64,000 bases of DNA from positions 150,600,001 through 150,664,000 of the forward strand of contig NC_086097.1 of the NCBI RefSeq assembly GCF_963921235.1, written 5' to 3'. Made by a program: the position numbers and the translations under genes. The notes under the pieces are model-generated. The model was not told where the DNA came from. It searched no databases and worked only from the letters and a program-made list of their open reading frames with translations. Below, one piece after another: positions 1 to 13,400 of the stretch (positions are counted from its first letter, which is position 1; every line of letters begins with the position of its first letter). The stretch is from Mobula hypostoma. Lineage: Eukaryota.

Positions 1-218
1 GTTAAAGCAATGCCGGCTAGAATGCAGTTCTAAATCTGGGGAAAGCGGCTGCTCGGGGTGCGCGCCGATTTTTTTCGCATGCTGAATTTTTTATCGCGCG
101 CTGCTTTTTTTTCGTAACAGTGAAAATACCCTCTGAAAGCGAAAACAGGTTACTAATGTAGGTCTTTCGTAACAGTGAGGTTTCGTAAAGCAAACGTTCG
201 AAAAGCAGGGGACACCTG
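1..218 (-). mobile_element. Tigger/pogo-like DNA transposon end
   Basis: Ends in ...ggggacacCTG followed by TA, and is the reverse complement of the start of the element at 8498. Confidence 0.75.
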
Positions 219-379
219 TATCGCTCTATAAGATTATTTGTCTTTGCTGGTTTCATAATAAGGGATCAAACATACTTTTTGCGACTTGGAACTCAATTAT
301 CTGGAAGCGCATCACACAGAGTCAAGCCCCTCACTCAGCCTCTCAGTCAGTGGTTTTGGTTTGTTTTCAAGTAATCACT

Positions 380-1150
380 ACACCTGCTTTTACCCCAGTG
401 ATGAAGTGTTTTGAAAGGTTGGTGATGAAACATATCAACATCTGCCTGACAAATAAATGGCTTGGATCCGCTCCAATTTGCCTACTGCTGCAACAGGTCC
501 ACAGCAGATGCCATCTCATTGGGTTCTCACTCAACCCTGGAACATCTGAACAGCAAGGATGCTCTTTATCGACAATAGCTCAGCATTCGATACCATCATC
601 CACTCAAAACTAATCAATAAGCTTCAAGACCTTGGTCGCAATGCCTCATTGTGTACTTACATCCTTGATTTTCTCACTTGTAGACCTCTGTCAGTTTGGA
701 TTGGCAACAATATCTCCTCCGTGATCTCCATCAGCATAGGTGCACCTCAAAACTCTGTGCTTAGTCCCCTGCTCTACTCGCTTTTCATTTATGAATGTGT
801 CGCTAAGCACAACTCCAATGCCATATTCAAGTTTGCGGAATCAAAGGTGGTGATGAGTCAGCATACAGGAAGGAGACTGAAACTCTGTCTGAGTGGTGCC
901 ACAACAACAACCTCTTACTCAATGTCAGCAAGACCAAGGAGCTGATTATTGATTTCAGGAGGAGGAAACCAGAGGTCCAAGAGCCAGTCCTCCTTGGAGA
1001 ATCAGAGGTGGATAAGGGTCAGCAACTTTACATTCCTTGGTATTATAATTTCAGAGGACCTATCCTAAGCCCAGCACGTAATTGCAATTATGAAGAAAGC
1101 ACAGCAACGCCTAAATTTCCTTAGGAGTTTGCAAAGATTTGGCATGGCAT
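380..1150 (+). mobile_element. Rex-Babar-type LINE RT fragment
   Basis: [35 protein letters not shown] motifs; frameshifted. Confidence 0.8.
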
Positions 1151-1159
1151 CTATAGGCC

Positions 1160-2470
1160 GGTGGGTATGTCATCAGTAGTGGGAAAGTTATTGGAAGGTA
1201 TTCTAAGGGACTGGATAATTAAATACTTGAATAGGCAGGGACTGATTAAGGATAGTCAATGTGGCTTTGTGCGTGGTAGGTCATGTCTAATCAATCTTAC
1301 AGTTTTTCGAAGAAGTTACTAGTAAAGTTGATGAAGGCAAGGCAGTGGATGTTGTCTGCATGGACTTTAGCAAGGCCTTTGACAAGGTCCCACATGGGAG
1401 GTTGATCAAGAAGGTTCAGTTGTTTGGGTTTCAAGATGAGATAGTAAAGTGGATTAGATATTGGCTTTGCGGACGAAGCCAGAGCGGGGCGGTAGATAGT
1501 TGCCTCTCTAACCGGAGGCCTGTGATTAGTGGAGTGCCACAGGGATTGTTGCTGGATCCATTGTTGTTGGTAATCCATACCAATGATCTCGATGGTAATG
1601 TGGAAAACTGGATCAGCAAATTTGTGGATGACACCAGGATTGGGGGTGTACTGAATAGTGAGGAATACTATCAAAGCTTGCAGCAGGATCTGAACCAGCT
1701 GGAAAAATGGCAGATAGAATTTAATGCAAACTTGTGTGAGGTTTTACACTTTGGGAGGACCAACCAACATTCGGTAGGGCAACAAGGCACACAGTAGAAC
1801 AGAGTGGTCTGGGAATACAGATCCATAATTCCTTGAAAGTGGTGTCGTAGGTAGATAAGGTCATAAAGAATGCTTTTAGCACATTGGCCTTCATAAATCG
1901 ATGTATTCAGTACAGAAGTTGGGATGTTACGTTGAAATTGTATGACATTGGCGAGGCCTAATTTAGAACGTTGTGTTAAGTTTTGATCACCTACCAAGGA
2001 TGTAATTAAGATTGAAAGAGTGCTGAGAAAATTTACAAGGATGTTGTCGTGACCTGAGTTATAGGGAAAGGTCAAATAGGTTAGAACCATTCTTTAGAAT
2101 GTAGAAAATTGAGGGGAGAATTGATTGAGGTATATAAAATTATGAGGGGTATAGATAAGGTAAATGCAAGTAGGCTTTTTCCACTGAGGTTGGAGGGACT
2201 ACAAATAGAGGTCATGGGTTAAGGGTGAAAGGTGAAATGTTCAGGGAGGAAATGTTCAGAGGGTAGTGAGAGTATGGAATGAGCTGCCATGCAAAGAAGT
2301 GGATGCAGGGTTGATTTCAACATAAAAAAGAAATTTCGATAGGTACATGGATGAGAGGGGTATGGAGGCCTATGATCTGGGTCAAGTCGATGGGACTAGG
2401 CAGATTAACGTTTCAGCACAGACTCAATGGGCAGAAGGGCTGGATTCCAGGTTGTGGTGTTCTATGACTT
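1160..2470 (+). mobile_element. CR1 LINE 3' portion
   Basis: DFSKAFDKVPHGRL, SGVPQG and KFVDDTRIGG motifs, with a CR1-type 3' end. Confidence 0.85.
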
Positions 2471-2569
2471 TATACACATTTATGACATACAAGGAGACCA
2501 TTTTTGATCTACTAAGTCAATGCTGGCTAAAAGAGCAATCCCACTTGCCACACTAATTTTCCCTGTAAG

Positions 2570-2800
2570 ACATTCCAATCAATTCCACCAGCTTCTTATC
2601 TCTCACCTACACAGTTGGGGCAATGCATAATGTTCAATTAAACTACCAGTCTTTAGGAAGGGCGAGAAAACTGGAACTCCAAGGAGGAATTCACTTGGTG
2701 ACAGGAAGCATATGCAAACTTCACACAGATGGCATTCTAACTCACGATTGAACTTGGGTAACCGAGCTCTGTTGCAGCAGTACTGCTATCTGTGGCGCTT
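2570..2800 (-). mobile_element. V-SINE (HE1-like), degraded
   Basis: Minus strand reads tgtgtgaagtttgcatatgcttcctgtcacc...ttccagtttttctc...taaagac...ttaattg, a V-domain-like pattern after a tRNA-like head. Confidence 0.6.
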
Positions 2801-2827
2801 GCTCTTTCTCTACAAAGAGTACACATC

Positions 2828-3785
2828 CATAAGACATGACAGCAGAATTAGGCCACCTGGCCCATCGAACCTGCTCTGCCATTTCATCATGGCCAATCTA
2901 TTTTTCCTCTCAGCCCCAGTCTACTGCCTTCTCCCCATATCCCTTAATGCCCTGACCAATCAAGAATCTATCAACCTCTGCCTTAAGTATACGTACAGAC
3001 TTGGTCTCCACAGCTGCAAGTGGTGACAAATTCCACAGATTCACTACTTTCTGGCGAAAGAAATTCCTCCTCATCTCCTTTCTAAAAGGATGCCCTTATA
3101 TTCTGAGGTCGTGTCCTCTAGTCTTAGGTACTCCACCAAAGGAAACATCTTCTCCAATCCACTCTGTCAAGGCCTTTCACCATTCAATAGTTTTCAATGA
3201 GGTCCCCCTAATTCTTCTGAATTCTAGTGAATACAGGTCCAGAGCCATCAAACACACTTCACATGACAAGCTGTTCAAACTTGGAATCATTTTCGTGAAC
3301 TTTCTTTGAATCCTCTCCAGTTTCAGCACAACCTTTCTAAGATAAAGGGCCCAAAATTGCTTACAATACTCTAAGTGAGGCCTCACTAGTGCTTTATAAA
3401 GTCTCAACATTACATCCTTCCTTTTATATTCTAGTCCTCTTGAAATGAATGCTAACATTGCATTTGGCTTCCTCACCACAGACTCGACCTGCAAATTAAT
3501 CTTCAGGGAATCTTGCACAAGCACTCCCAAGTTCCTTTGCATCTCAGTTTTTTGTATTTTCTCTCCATTTAGAAAATAGTCAACCCTTTCATTTTGTCTA
3601 TCAAATTGCATGACCATACACTTCCCAACACTGTATTCCATCTGCCACTTCTTTGCCCATTCTCCTAATCTGTTTAAGTCCTTCTGTAGTTTCTCTGCTT
3701 CCTCAAAACTACCTGCCCCTCCACCTATCTTCATATTGTCTGCAAGCTTTGCGACAAAGCCATCAATTCCATCATCCAAATCATA
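2828..3785 (-). mobile_element. CR1 LINE 3' portion
   Basis: KLADNMKIGG, WAKKWQMEY, LYKALVRPHLEYC motifs. Confidence 0.88.
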
Positions 3786-4394
3786 TTATGATCACTTGCC
3801 TATAAAGGTCCTGTATCTAAGATTCTGCACACTTCCTGCCTTTCTGTATTAAATTTTCTGGATACCTAATTTTCATTGTGACTTTCACCACTGGTATTTT
3901 ACCCTTTTTACTTATAACAAAGACCGTTTCAAAAATTATTAGCACATCTCACTTCTTAAAAATATAATATTTAGCAAATACTTTTCCTTTAACATCAAAG
4001 TAAAGAAGGCCTGGCTTGCCTGGAAGAGTAGCAGAAAAAGTTAAAACTCAGTCAATAGAAGGAAACAAAAACAATGAAAATTGGTGAGGACTCACTCAAG
4101 CATGGATAGGCACTTAGACATAGCTCTTGTAGAAGACAAAATCCTTCCATATCAGAAAGAGAATCAGCTTTTATTTTAACAACATCTAAATTAATCTGCC
4201 TTCACCTTGTATTCTTTATAATTCACTAAGTAATTGGATTTCATAGGCGTTGACCAATTTTTCCATTATCTTATAAACCTTGTTTGAATATCTCAAAGAC
4301 TATGCAGTCATTCAAAGCTATTCGGGTAACCAAACTTTAAACTGAAGATCAACATTGTGGGCCTCCTCTGCACCTTTTCCAAAGTTATTAATGG

Positions 4395-5040
4395 AGTCAT
4401 AGAGTCACGCAGCACAGAAAAAGACCCTTCGGGCGAACTGGTCCATGCCAATCAGGACTTCCATCTAAGCGTGACCTGTTTTAACCATGTTGCCCCATAT
4501 CCCTCTTAACCTTTCCTCCCCATGTACCTGTCCAAATATCTTTTAAATGTGGTTAATGTAGCCCCCTTAACCACTTCCTCGGGCAGTTCATTCTTTATAC
4601 TGACCATGCTCTTGGAAAAAAACTTGCCCCTTAGGTTCCTATTAAATCTCCCCTCTCACCTTAAACCAGTGCTCTGCAGTTCTTGATTACCCACTTTGAG
4701 AAAAATACTGTGGGCATTCACCCTAAACATGCTTAATTGTACTCACCGCTATAAGATCACCCTTTATTCTCCTAATCACCAATGAAAATAGTTCAAACTG
4801 TTCAACCTCTCTCCATAACTCAGTCCCTCAAGTGCCAACAGCATCCCCCTAATGCTCCTCCGCACTATTTCCAATTTGATGGCATCTTTCCCATAGCAGG
4901 ATGACAAAAACTGAACACAGTATTCCAAATGCAATCTCACCAATGTTTTGTATAACTGCAACGTAACATCCTAACGTTTATACTCAATGCCAAAGCCTGC
5001 TTCACCATCTAGTGTTCCTGTGACGCAACATTCAGAGAAG
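4395..5040 (-). mobile_element. CR1 LINE 3' fragment
   Basis: LYKTLVRLHLEYCVQF motif and CR1 tail. Confidence 0.8.
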
Positions 5041-6324
5041 CAAGGTCCTTCCGAAAGTTAATTCCATATACTAACCACTTTTTTTAGTGGAAAAGTTGAC
5101 CCTCAGGAACCTATTAAATCATAGTGAGCATCCCCACATCAACAATTACTGTCTAGTTTAGTGCAGCACCCTCTCAGAACATATGAAAACGACAGCAAAC
5201 TGTCAGGTCAACAGAAAAGGTCATTGGCTGCAGCCTACCATCACGACAGGACTCATATGTGTCTGGGACAAAGCAGCCAGGAAAATTTCAGACACTACCC
5301 ACCCTGCAAACTGCATTTTCCAAAAGCTCCCTTCTGGAAAACACAGAAGGTTATTAAAACAGAAACATCACGCCTTCTTAAAAGTTTATTCTCCAAGGCA
5401 GTTAATCTGATCAACCATTCTTGTTAACCTCCATCCCCTCTCTATCTATTACCTCAGTCACTGCACTTTAAAACTTTTTATAATGTTGTTTACACTGTAA
5501 ATATATTCTGATATTATGTACTTGTGTACATTTATTCCATGTCCGTACTTTAACCTTATTTGTATATAATTTTGTATTCTTTATCATTGGTGAATGGTGT
5601 TGTTTTTGTTGCTTGTCATGCAAGCACACTGCAGCAAATTCCTAATAGATGTAATGCAAATAATGATCCATAATCACTCTATTCTCTGCTCTATTCTTTA
5701 TTACAGGAAGCTAAATCTGAAGCATAACCAGCCCCACATGTGCTTCATCAGACAACTCAAAAACTTTTTAAGGAATCTGTGAACTGGATACATTCTGGAT
5801 ACATCACAAATGCCCGATGAAAAATCTTGAGATTGAAATTGAAACGACTAGTGAATCATGATATTAATATGTAACAAGTTTGGATTTGATATTAATATGT
5901 AAGAAGTTTGGATCTGATATGAAGAAAACTGCAGTTGTGAAGATATTTGGAAGGACTACAATCACCCTTTCTTCACAAACACGCTACACATCTTAGACAT
6001 CACGCCACAAAATTATGATATTCCATTGTGATCTTTCCCATATTTTAAGACGAATGAATAAATACCAGCTCTATAATCTATTCTCTTTGGAATTCAATAC
6101 CAGTAACCCTATTCGACTGCAGGAAGTTGCTAAATTGACCACAGCAACAACATCAATGAAGACCCAAACCCAAATCCCATTAATGTATTCCAAAGTCAGG
6201 AAAAAAAATTGGAAGCAGGGCACATGGCTGCATTGGCAGTGTTCCTTTCAGTTAATTTCATGGCAAGTGAGGTAAGTAAGCATGTGCCATTTGAAGCTAT
6301 TGTTTTTCTGCAAAGTGCACTTGC

Positions 6325-6478
6325 CTGAAAGAATTCTGGGCCAACTCCAATGGTGCCTGTTGGATAGCATATTCCTGGTAACCCTTTCGCAGAGCTGATT
6401 CTTGGCCAATACTTTCAGGCTCAGCTGCTGGAGTTTTCTCAGCTGGAGTGGCCTCGATGGGAATAATTTTAGTGGCAC
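6325..6478 (-). CDS. ZFAT: ZFAT coding exon 5 (gene continues beyond the left edge)
   Basis: gttctag| acceptor. Translates (G)ATKIIPIEATPAEKTPAAEPESIGQESALRKGYQEYAIQQAPLELAQNSF(R), matching ZFAT GATKIVPVEA...RRGYQEYAIQQ. Probable donor is AG|GCAAGT. Confidence 0.9.
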
Positions 6479-7329
6479 CTAGAACACAGAAAAATATTAT
6501 TTCATGTTGCAACAGAGAATAGCAGTTACAAGGTAAGACAAGAATTGGCTTTAATAATATTTGGGTAAAGGAATAGCAGTAAGTATCTATCCCCTCAAAT
6601 CAGTTTTGCATATTGCATTGAAGTGGTGGCTGATCTGTGGCCTTGGTTTATGTGTTTATGATCTGTGTACATGTTATTGTGTTTAATCTGTGGCCTGGTG
6701 TTATTAACTTGTCCTTGACCCCACTTCACAAATCACTTATTTTTCTTTCACAAAAAAATCTACTAACTTTGAACTTCAAAGTACAGAATCAGTTGCCAAA
6801 TGATACTTACCAACGGTGAGATTTCATAATTTAATTCCTGAAAAGACCGGTTTAAATTTTTGGCTCACATCACAAAATTATACCTGCTGGAAAAATAATT
6901 TTTCCTGCCGCCTTTTATTGGCTTTCCTCTATCATGCCCTGTTTAAGCCTAGAGAAAATAAGGAGTCGGACACTTAATAAATCCTATAAATTTGAAGAAA
7001 TCTGGCGACCTTTCATCCTATATTTTCATATGATCTAATTTTTGTACTAATTCTCTTCCAGCTTGTAGGTGGAGTTAGAGTAGAATCTGGCCACATAGTC
7101 ATGAGTGTATAGGGAGAAGAGTAGAGGGTTGAGAACACAGATTTGTTTAAAGAATGGGAAAGGCCATAAAAAGGGGGTGTAAGCAAGAATCAAATGGAAG
7201 CAGAGTCTACAAAGCCAGAATGATAAATGCTATTCTCCTCTGCAGCTCAGCCATCTATAGAATCCTCCAGAATTTCTGTCTCCAAAATTTCAATTCTTCA
7301 AGACTTCAGAGGTTGACTGTCTTGAAAGA

Positions 7330-8400
7330 AGTGTACCCTGTTTTCTATTTAAATTAAAAATCAAATCTGTGCTGGGATCTTGCCAATTTTAAAAGAAGCA
7401 TAGGAACAATAATGGGGAACAGGGAAGTGGCTCCGAGGATCACATGCTTTATGTACCAAAATGCAATTAAGAACATTGCAAATCCTTCATTATCATCTTC
7501 CAAAATTTTCAATTTGACAAATGTTACTTAATTTGAAGAATTGTCCATAGCCCTCAGCTATCTAAGAAAATTGAGTGAGGGATAATGGGAATTATAGATC
7601 AGTTAATCTAATGTTTGGTGTTGAGGAAGTGTTTTTATGATTAAGGATTGAATGACTGAATGTCTCTGCATGTTCATATAGAGTCAATGTGGATTTTTAA
7701 AAGTGCAGGTCATGAAAGTCAAATTTGAATTGTTTTGGAGTGCCTAACTTGATTCGGGACTATCCATGGATTGTAATTATATGGACTTCTGAGGCAATAA
7801 TTTATTTTTTCTTTAACTAAAGTAGAAGCTTATGGAATTGAAGACTGATTGAGAATTTGGATGAGTAGTCAGAAGTCAAAATGTAGAAACAATGGCCAGA
7901 TTATCTCATTAGCAGGTAACTAGTGGCATTCCACAAAGATTTATGTTGTGATAGTGGCTATTCATCACCTCATAAACAACTGAGATTATTTTCCTTCTTA
8001 ATGATAGGTGCTGTTTTTAAGGAGGAGATATTATTAGATTAAATGGATGCTAAAACAGTAGAAACTGGTTTTCAATGTAAGCAAGTGTGAGGTCATCCAG
8101 TTTTGACCAGGATAGATCACGATACTTTGGAGTAGCAAAAAGTTAAAAACTCATTATTGAATGATCTGGGTTCATTGATAATTAAACTGAATTTTAGAAA
8201 AGATGAATGAATTACTGGTCTTTCCTGCACACCATAAGTGCCGTGAGTAGTAATGGGCACAAGAGTGTAGAAGCAAACTATTTGGCAAGTTTGTTTAATA
8301 GAATGATACCTGGATTGGAGTGAAATAGAGATGTTTTGATTTCTAATCAAAGATGATTAAGGGAGGATTTGATAAAAGTTTTCAAGCTATTCCAAAGAAC
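7330..8400 (+). mobile_element. Very old CR1 LINE remnant
   Basis: Degraded RT-like DNA (gtaactagtggcattccaca, aagtgtgaggtcatcca). Confidence 0.5.
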
Positions 8401-8497
8401 TGGCAAAATAGAGAAAAATTGTTTTTCTTTCTTTCTTTTTCTGTTTTTCAATCTTTTTATTGATTTAAAAAAAGTGTATACGAACAGGAGGAGACTA

Positions 8498-10119
8498 CAG
8501 AAATCCCCCACTTTTCGAACGTTCGCTTTACGAAACCTCACTGTTACAAAAAACCTACATTAGTTACCTGTTTTCGCTAACAAAAGGTGTTTTCACTGTT
8601 AGGTGCGATAAAAGCAGCGCGCGCCCCAAGCAGCTGTTCCTCCCCCGGATTCGGAACGGCATTCTTGCCGGCATTGCTTAAACACGTGCCTTTGCAAGAG
8701 AGTTCAAGAAAAGCCTAAAAGAGCTCGTAAGGGTGTTACACTCAGCGTAAAACTAGACGTAATTAATTGTTTCGATCGTGGTGAACGAAGTAAGGACAAA
8801 GTGAGTTTGGCTTGTGGAAGTTGACGAAGATGATATTGAAGAGGTTTTGGCATCCCATGACCAAGAAGTGATAGACGAAGAGCTGATACAATTGGAAGAG
8901 GAAAGGATAACTATCGAAACTGAATGCAGTAGTGAACGGACAGAAAGTGAAGTCGTACAGGAACTGAATGTGAAGCAACTGCGTGAGATTTTCGCTGCAA
9001 TGATAAAGTACAACTTTAATTTTGAAAGGGTACGTAGGTTTAGGGCATATTTGCAAGATGGTTTAAGTGCTTACAAAGAATTGTATGACAGAAAAATGCG
9101 CGAGGCTAGCAGTCAAGCATACTGTCGTTTTTCAAGCCTTCCACATCAGCCACAGCAGACAACGAACTTCGACCTTCAACATCGAGGCAGGCAGACACAG
9201 GAGAAGATGAGCTGCCTGCCCTGATGGAAACAGACGACACCTCAGTGTCCCACGACCCCAACCCCTGGGCCGTTGACAGATACCGATTCATGGAAAATGC
9301 AGCGGTAGCCAGGACGCACCCAGCACATCTTTGAGAAAAAAAAGCCGAAATAAACAAGCTAACTAATTAGGTGCCACCTTGTACGTAAATGTCGACCCAG
9401 ATCAGAGGTGATTGCCGATTGCGTCGCCTCTCATCTGGGCCGACATTTACATGATGGGCGGCACAGAATTAATTAGCTTGTTTATTTCGGCTTTTTTCTT
9501 AAAGATGTGCTGGGTGCGTCCCAGCCACCGCTGTATGTTTCATGGATCAGTATCAGTCGGCAGCCCAGAGGGTGGGGGCCACTGCACCATCCCAACCTCC
9601 GACGACTCAGCCTAACATACCATCATCAGTGTGCTCGATGCTGTCTTCCCGATTCCAGTAAGTGATACTACACTGTACATACATTATTTCTACTTTATAT
9701 TGGCTGTGTATTTTTATGTGTTATTTGGTATGAATTGGCAGCTTCATAGCTTAAAGGTTACTGGAGAGAGTTTTTCTGCCAAGAGCGTTTGCACTATGTT
9801 TTTGCCCACAGCGCTTGCGCTGTGTTTCTGCCGAGAGCACTTGCGTGAGATTTTCGCTAAGGAGAACAGTGCAGGCAATGATTGTAGAGAAGTATTTCTA
9901 CTGTGTATTTATCATATAATTCCTGCTTTTACTATATGTTACTGTTATTTCAGGTTTTATGTGTTATTTGGCATGATTTGGTAGGTTATTTTTGGGTCTG
10001 CGAACACTCACAAATTTTTCCCATATAAATAAATGGTAATTGCTTCTTCGCTTTACAACATTCCAGCTTACGAACCGTTTCATAGGAATGCTCTACCTTC
10101 GGATGGCGGGGGAAACCTG
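8498..10119 (+). mobile_element. Tigger/pogo (TcMar) deletion derivative
   Basis: TA|CAG...CTG termini with imperfect TIRs. CENP-B-type N-terminus (KRARKGVTLSVKLDVINCFDRGE) is fused directly to the C-terminal EVDEDDIEEVLASHDQE segment; the catalytic DDD domain is missing. It splits an AT-rich L1-like 3' end. Confidence 0.8.
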
Positions 10120-10469
10120 CATCTCTGGTATATATGTCAATAACAGTACATACAGAAGGTAAAATAAACAATATCAGAATCACACAGTGTTGATCTACAA
10201 AGTATAAATTTGATATAGAATATATAATACAGAAAAAAAAGAACGTAATTCATTCTCCCCTTATCAATTTATGAAGAAAGGAAGGACTATTAGAAATTTT
10301 CATATAAAAGAAATGAAAAAAAAACACTATTCTAAACAGCAAAAAAAGGACTGGGCAGTCTATCCTGAGAGAAAAACCAAGAGAAGAGGAACTCTCTGAT
10401 CAAATCCAAGGTTCTGAAAAAATCTACCTCTATTACCTTGCACCTCCTTTTCTACCTGCACTTCATTTT

Positions 10470-13400
10470 CTAACAGTGACACTTCATTCTGTATTCTCAT
10501 CTTGTTTGTCCCTACCATCATGGACTTCATCAGCAAACGTGTCGAGGACTGCGTACCAAAAGGGAAAACCCAGGTACTTTCAAGCCAGAAACCGTGACCA
10601 AACTGGGAGATCCACTTTTCTGAATTTGAGGTCTGCAGCATTCAAATCAGGTGATCTGACCTTCATAAGAAATCAATATATGACCTCTGTAAAGCCATCG
10701 GAGATGCTCTTTCAACATTTTTATTAGTTTCTCCATAGAAGAATACAGAGTACAAGAAAGTATATATAAATGTCGAAAAAAAAAACTGCCAATTACATTA
10801 TATCTATTCATAAAAACAATCTCATTACCCCGTATTCATGTAGGTTAGTCAAAGTTATATTGAAATATACTAATTTATTACAAAAGAAGTGTCTAACCCC
10901 TACCAAGACTGAAGCTGTTTATTACGGAGAAAAAAAGGTAAAATACCTTCTCGTATAACAAAAATTAATAATAGCCAACATCTAAATTTAAACAACGAAT
11001 TGAGGGTTTTGAAAGTTTTGAAAATAATTCAGAAAGGGTCCCCACAATGTTTGAAAGTCTTGACGAGATGGGAAATTGAACAACAAATCTTCTCTAAATC
11101 TAAGCATGACATAACATCGCATAACCATTGAGCATGAGTAGGAGGAGAAACATCTTTCCATTTAAACAAAAGCGCCCTCCTAGGTATAAGAGAGCTAAAG
11201 GCCAAAATATGTAAATCAGATGTCTTTAACTTGATATCTCATCCTGCAACAATACCGAATACGGCCATCAGAGGATTAGGCTTAAAATTGACTTTGAAAA
11301 GTAAAGAAAAAGTTTGAAAAACTTCCTTCCAATATTTTTCAAGACATGGACAAGTCCAAGACATATGAATTAATGAAGCTTCTCTATTATTGCATCTGTC
11401 ACAGTAGGGAGATATATCTGAATAAAAATGAGATAGCTTATCTTTAGTCATATGGACTTTATGTACCACCTTAAATTGTATGAAGGAATGGCGAGCACAT
11501 AGCGATGAAGTGTTAACCAGTTTAAAAATTTAATTCCAAGTTTCCTCAGATATTGATGTCTGTAAATCTTGTTCCCAGAGATTCGTAATTTTGTGTAAAG
11601 GAACATTCGTCTCCAGTAACATACCATAAATATTAGATATTGAACCATTATAAAAAGGTGTCAAATTAAAAATTACGTCTAGTAAGTTCTTATCTGAGCT
11701 TATAGGAAATGTGCATAATTGAGATCTTAGAAAGTCTCTGATTTGTAGATGTCTAAAAAAGAGAGTTTTGGGTAAGCTATATTTAGCTGACAATTGCTCA
11801 AATGAAAAAAGATTTCCTCCAACAAACAGATCCCAAAAATATTTAATACCCAACCAGTCCCATTCTTTAAAGACTAAATCAGTCATGGAGGGTTTAAAAA
11901 AAATTAGAATAAATGGGACTAGAAAGGGAAAATCTCAATAAACCAAAATGTTTTCTAAATTGTATTCAGATCCTCAGAGTATGTTTAAGTATTAAATTAT
12001 CAGTTAGTTTACTCACAAATAAAGGAAGTGAGCATCCAAGAAGAGAAATAATAGAAAATTTATTAACAGAATTAGCTTCTAAAGAAACCCATACTGGATG
12101 GTCTACACAATTAATATAATATAGCCAAAACGTAATATATTGTACATTAACTGCCCAGTAATAAAACCTAAAATTAGGTAAGGCTAAACTTCCAGACTTT
12201 TTAGGATTTTGAAGATGAACTTCATTTAAACAAGGACATTTATTTTTCCATATATAGGATAAAATAGATTCAAGAGAGTCATAAAAGGATTTAGGAATAA
12301 AAACAGGTAAAGGTTGAAAAAGATATATAAGTTTAGGTAGAATATTCATTTTAATAGAATTAATTCATCCAATCAACAATATTGAAAGAGGTGACCAATT
12401 TAATAATATCTTTTTTAAATGGTTCAATAAAGTAAGAAAGTTTTCTTTAAACAAGTGTTTGTAATTCTTAGTGATTGTTACACCCAAATAAGTAAATTGA
12501 TTCCTTACAATTTTAAAAGGGCGATTAGTATTAATTGATAATAAATTATTTAAAGGAAATAATTCACTGTTATGTAGGTTTAATTTATATTCCGAAAACT
12601 GGCTAAAATGGGAGAGTAAAGAAAGTACACAAGGTAACGAGGTCTCAACATTAGAAATAAAAAGCAATATATCATCAGTATAAAGCGAGATTTTGTGTGT
12701 GATACCTCTCCTTAAAATACCACAGATATCATTAGATTCTCGAAAAGCAATGGCAAGGGGTTCTAAAGCGAAATCAAAAAGCAAAGGACTCAACGGACAG
12801 CCTTGTCTAGTTCTGCAATGAAGTTTAAATGGTTTGGAATTTTGAGAATTAGTAAGAACCCGAGCAGAAGAAGATAAATAAAGTAATTTAATCCATTGAA
12901 TAAAATCTGGTCCAAAATTAAATTTTTCTAAGGTTTTAAATAAATAATTCCATTGAACCCGATCGAAGGCCTTCTCAGCATCTAAGGATATCACACATTC
13001 TGATATCTCCTGAGAAGGAGAGAAAGTAACATTTAATACACGGCGTATATTAAAATGGGAATGTCAGTTTTTAATAAGTCCAGTCTGATCATCAGAAATA
13101 ATAGAAGGTAAAATATTTTCAATCCTACGAGCCAGAACTTCAGAAAGAATTTTAGTATCTGCATTAAGTAATGAAATTGGCCTATATGAAGAGCAGTCAG
13201 TTGGATCCTTGTTCTTTTTTAGGATAAGCGAAATAGAAGCTTCATAAGAAGATTGAGACAAACTACCCAATTAGAAAGAATCCAAAAAGACTAAGTGTAA
13301 TTGCGATATAATTAATGAAGAAAAAGCCTTATAAAATTCTCCAGAAAATTCATCTAGACCTGGAGCCTTCCCTGAGTGTAATGAATGTATAGCCTCAGCG

